Source of the DNA: Hemiscyllium ocellatum
Lineage: Eukaryota
Direction: 5' to 3'
Assembly (NCBI RefSeq): GCF_020745735.1
Contig: NW_026867501.1
Span: 1 to 64,000, forward strand
DNA length: 64,000 nucleotides
Positions 62,690 to 64,000 of the stretch are shown piece by piece. Position numbers and translations under genes: made by a program. The notes under the pieces were generated by a model, which did not search any database, was not told where the DNA came from, and was given only the letters and a program-made list of their open reading frames with translations. Position 1 is the first letter of the stretch. Each line of letters opens with the position of its first letter.

Positions 62690-63200
62690 ATAAATTCTTG
62701 GGAAATTTCCCAGAAAATTTGAGTAAGAACAGCCGTTGGATTGTCATTGATTCATGACTTCTTATCTCATAATCTTCACAATAATCTGGCCTCTATTGAA
62801 GGAGATACGGGCAGGGAAGGTAGAAGGACAAGAAGTGGGCTCCTATGTTCCTACTGGAATGTTGATATAATCTCTCGAACCATCCACCTCCGTCAACCGG
62901 AAGAAACAGGGCAGAAGATCTCACACTTTCCGCTTCAAATCACCCAATGTCCTGTCTTGTGTAGCATCCTGTACTGGAGGTATCGATTACCAGTCATATC
63001 AAGTAGTTCTTTCCAGCACGGAAAGAATGTCTTCGGCCCAGAATCAATGCATCAGCTTGAGTGCCTCTACTCAAGAACTGGATCCAAAGCCTCTCTGTGA
63101 GACGGAACACCTTCATTACTTGGTCATGTTTGTAAGATTCAAACAAAGTGCAGTGGTATTCGGATAAAACTACAGCCTGGTTCCAGCAAAGAAAGGATGC
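62690..63200 (-). pseudogene. Degenerate B30.2 (PRY/SPRY) domain exon, TRIM-like
   Basis: VVLSE...ER...ILG..SFRAGKNY(L)...ESVR...P..GGW...DYE, colinear with the PRY/SPRY consensus; several stops. Confidence 0.5.
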
Positions 63201-63568
63201 CTTCAACCACTCCTCTGTCCGTGTTACATTCCCATTCTTTACACTTCACTCTTCAATTTATACTGCCTCACGTCGTTCTTCAACAAACATATTGTTACAG
63301 AATTTTGACACCAGGGATAATAAAATGAAACCAGAACCTCTTAGCTCTGTAATAAAAGCTCTGACAAAGTACAGTGACCTGATCCAGTAAACGGATAATA
63401 CAGCCACTTAGTTCCAGCTCTATTGTAACAATCTGTGTCTTTGGACTTACATTGGTACAGCTTATTGCATTCAATCAGTGATCTGGTCTCAATCAATAAC
63501 AACTTGAAGACTGAGCTTTCACGTAACAAAATGGCTCGGAGTTTCACAGGTACTTCAGGCCATACTAA

Positions 63569-63879
63569 ATTAGACTTAGATTAGACTTACAGTGTGGAAA
63601 CAGGCCCTTCGGCCAACAAGTCCACACCGACCCGCCCAGCACCACAACACCACCCATACCCCTACATTTACCCCTTACCTACCTCTACGGGCAATTTAGC
63701 ATGGCCAATTCACCTGACCCCCACATCTTTGTGACCGTGGGAGGAAACCGGAGCACCCGGAGGAAACCCACGCAGACACGGGGAGAATTTGCAAACTCCA
63801 CACAGACGGTCGCCTGAGTCGGGAATTGAACCCGGGTCCAGGCGCTGTGAGGCAGCAGTGCTGTGCCACCGTGCCGCCC
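63569..63879 (-). mobile_element. Full-length HE1-type SINE
   Basis: Head GGGCGGCACGGTGGCACAG, B-box-like GGTTCAATTCC, HE1 body and tail. Confidence 0.92.
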
Positions 63880-64000
63880 ATGGTACTGGCGATCTGAACT
63901 AATGACATTCAAGTTTTAGAGAAATTCATCAGGTCTGGCAGCAACTATAGATCACGTTGCAAAAGTCAATCCTTTGAATCGGAACATAAAATATTACTGT

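Overview
Eukaryotic, repeat-dense DNA that looks like a cartilaginous fish (shark): it carries HE1-type SINEs, CR1/HER1-like LINEs and Penelope-type termini. Two genes appear intact, both on the minus strand. One is a two-exon class A GPCR of the GPR139/GPR142-like type (33565-33634 joined to 29698-30608, 326 aa). The other is a T-cell receptor alpha/delta-type V segment with leader (49911-49965), V exon (48708-49014) and a canonical 23-bp-spacer RSS. About 10 kb downstream on the same strand lies a decayed J-like segment with a 12-bp-spacer RSS facing the V, and several weaker V- and C-like relics are scattered through the window. The rest is a Gmr1-like Gypsy element (12.5-20.8 kb), an epsilon-like endogenous retrovirus lacking RT and most of env SU (54.8-59.3 kb), nested CR1 LINEs, SINEs, and C2H2-ZNF and PRY/SPRY pseudogene remnants. 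Unusual rearrangement footprints include a Penelope insertion carrying sequence also found 59 kb away, a SINE/tRNA-Gly chimera inside one target-site duplication, and fold-back inversions. All alignments and identities were done by eye; repeat boundaries are approximate and no database searches were run.
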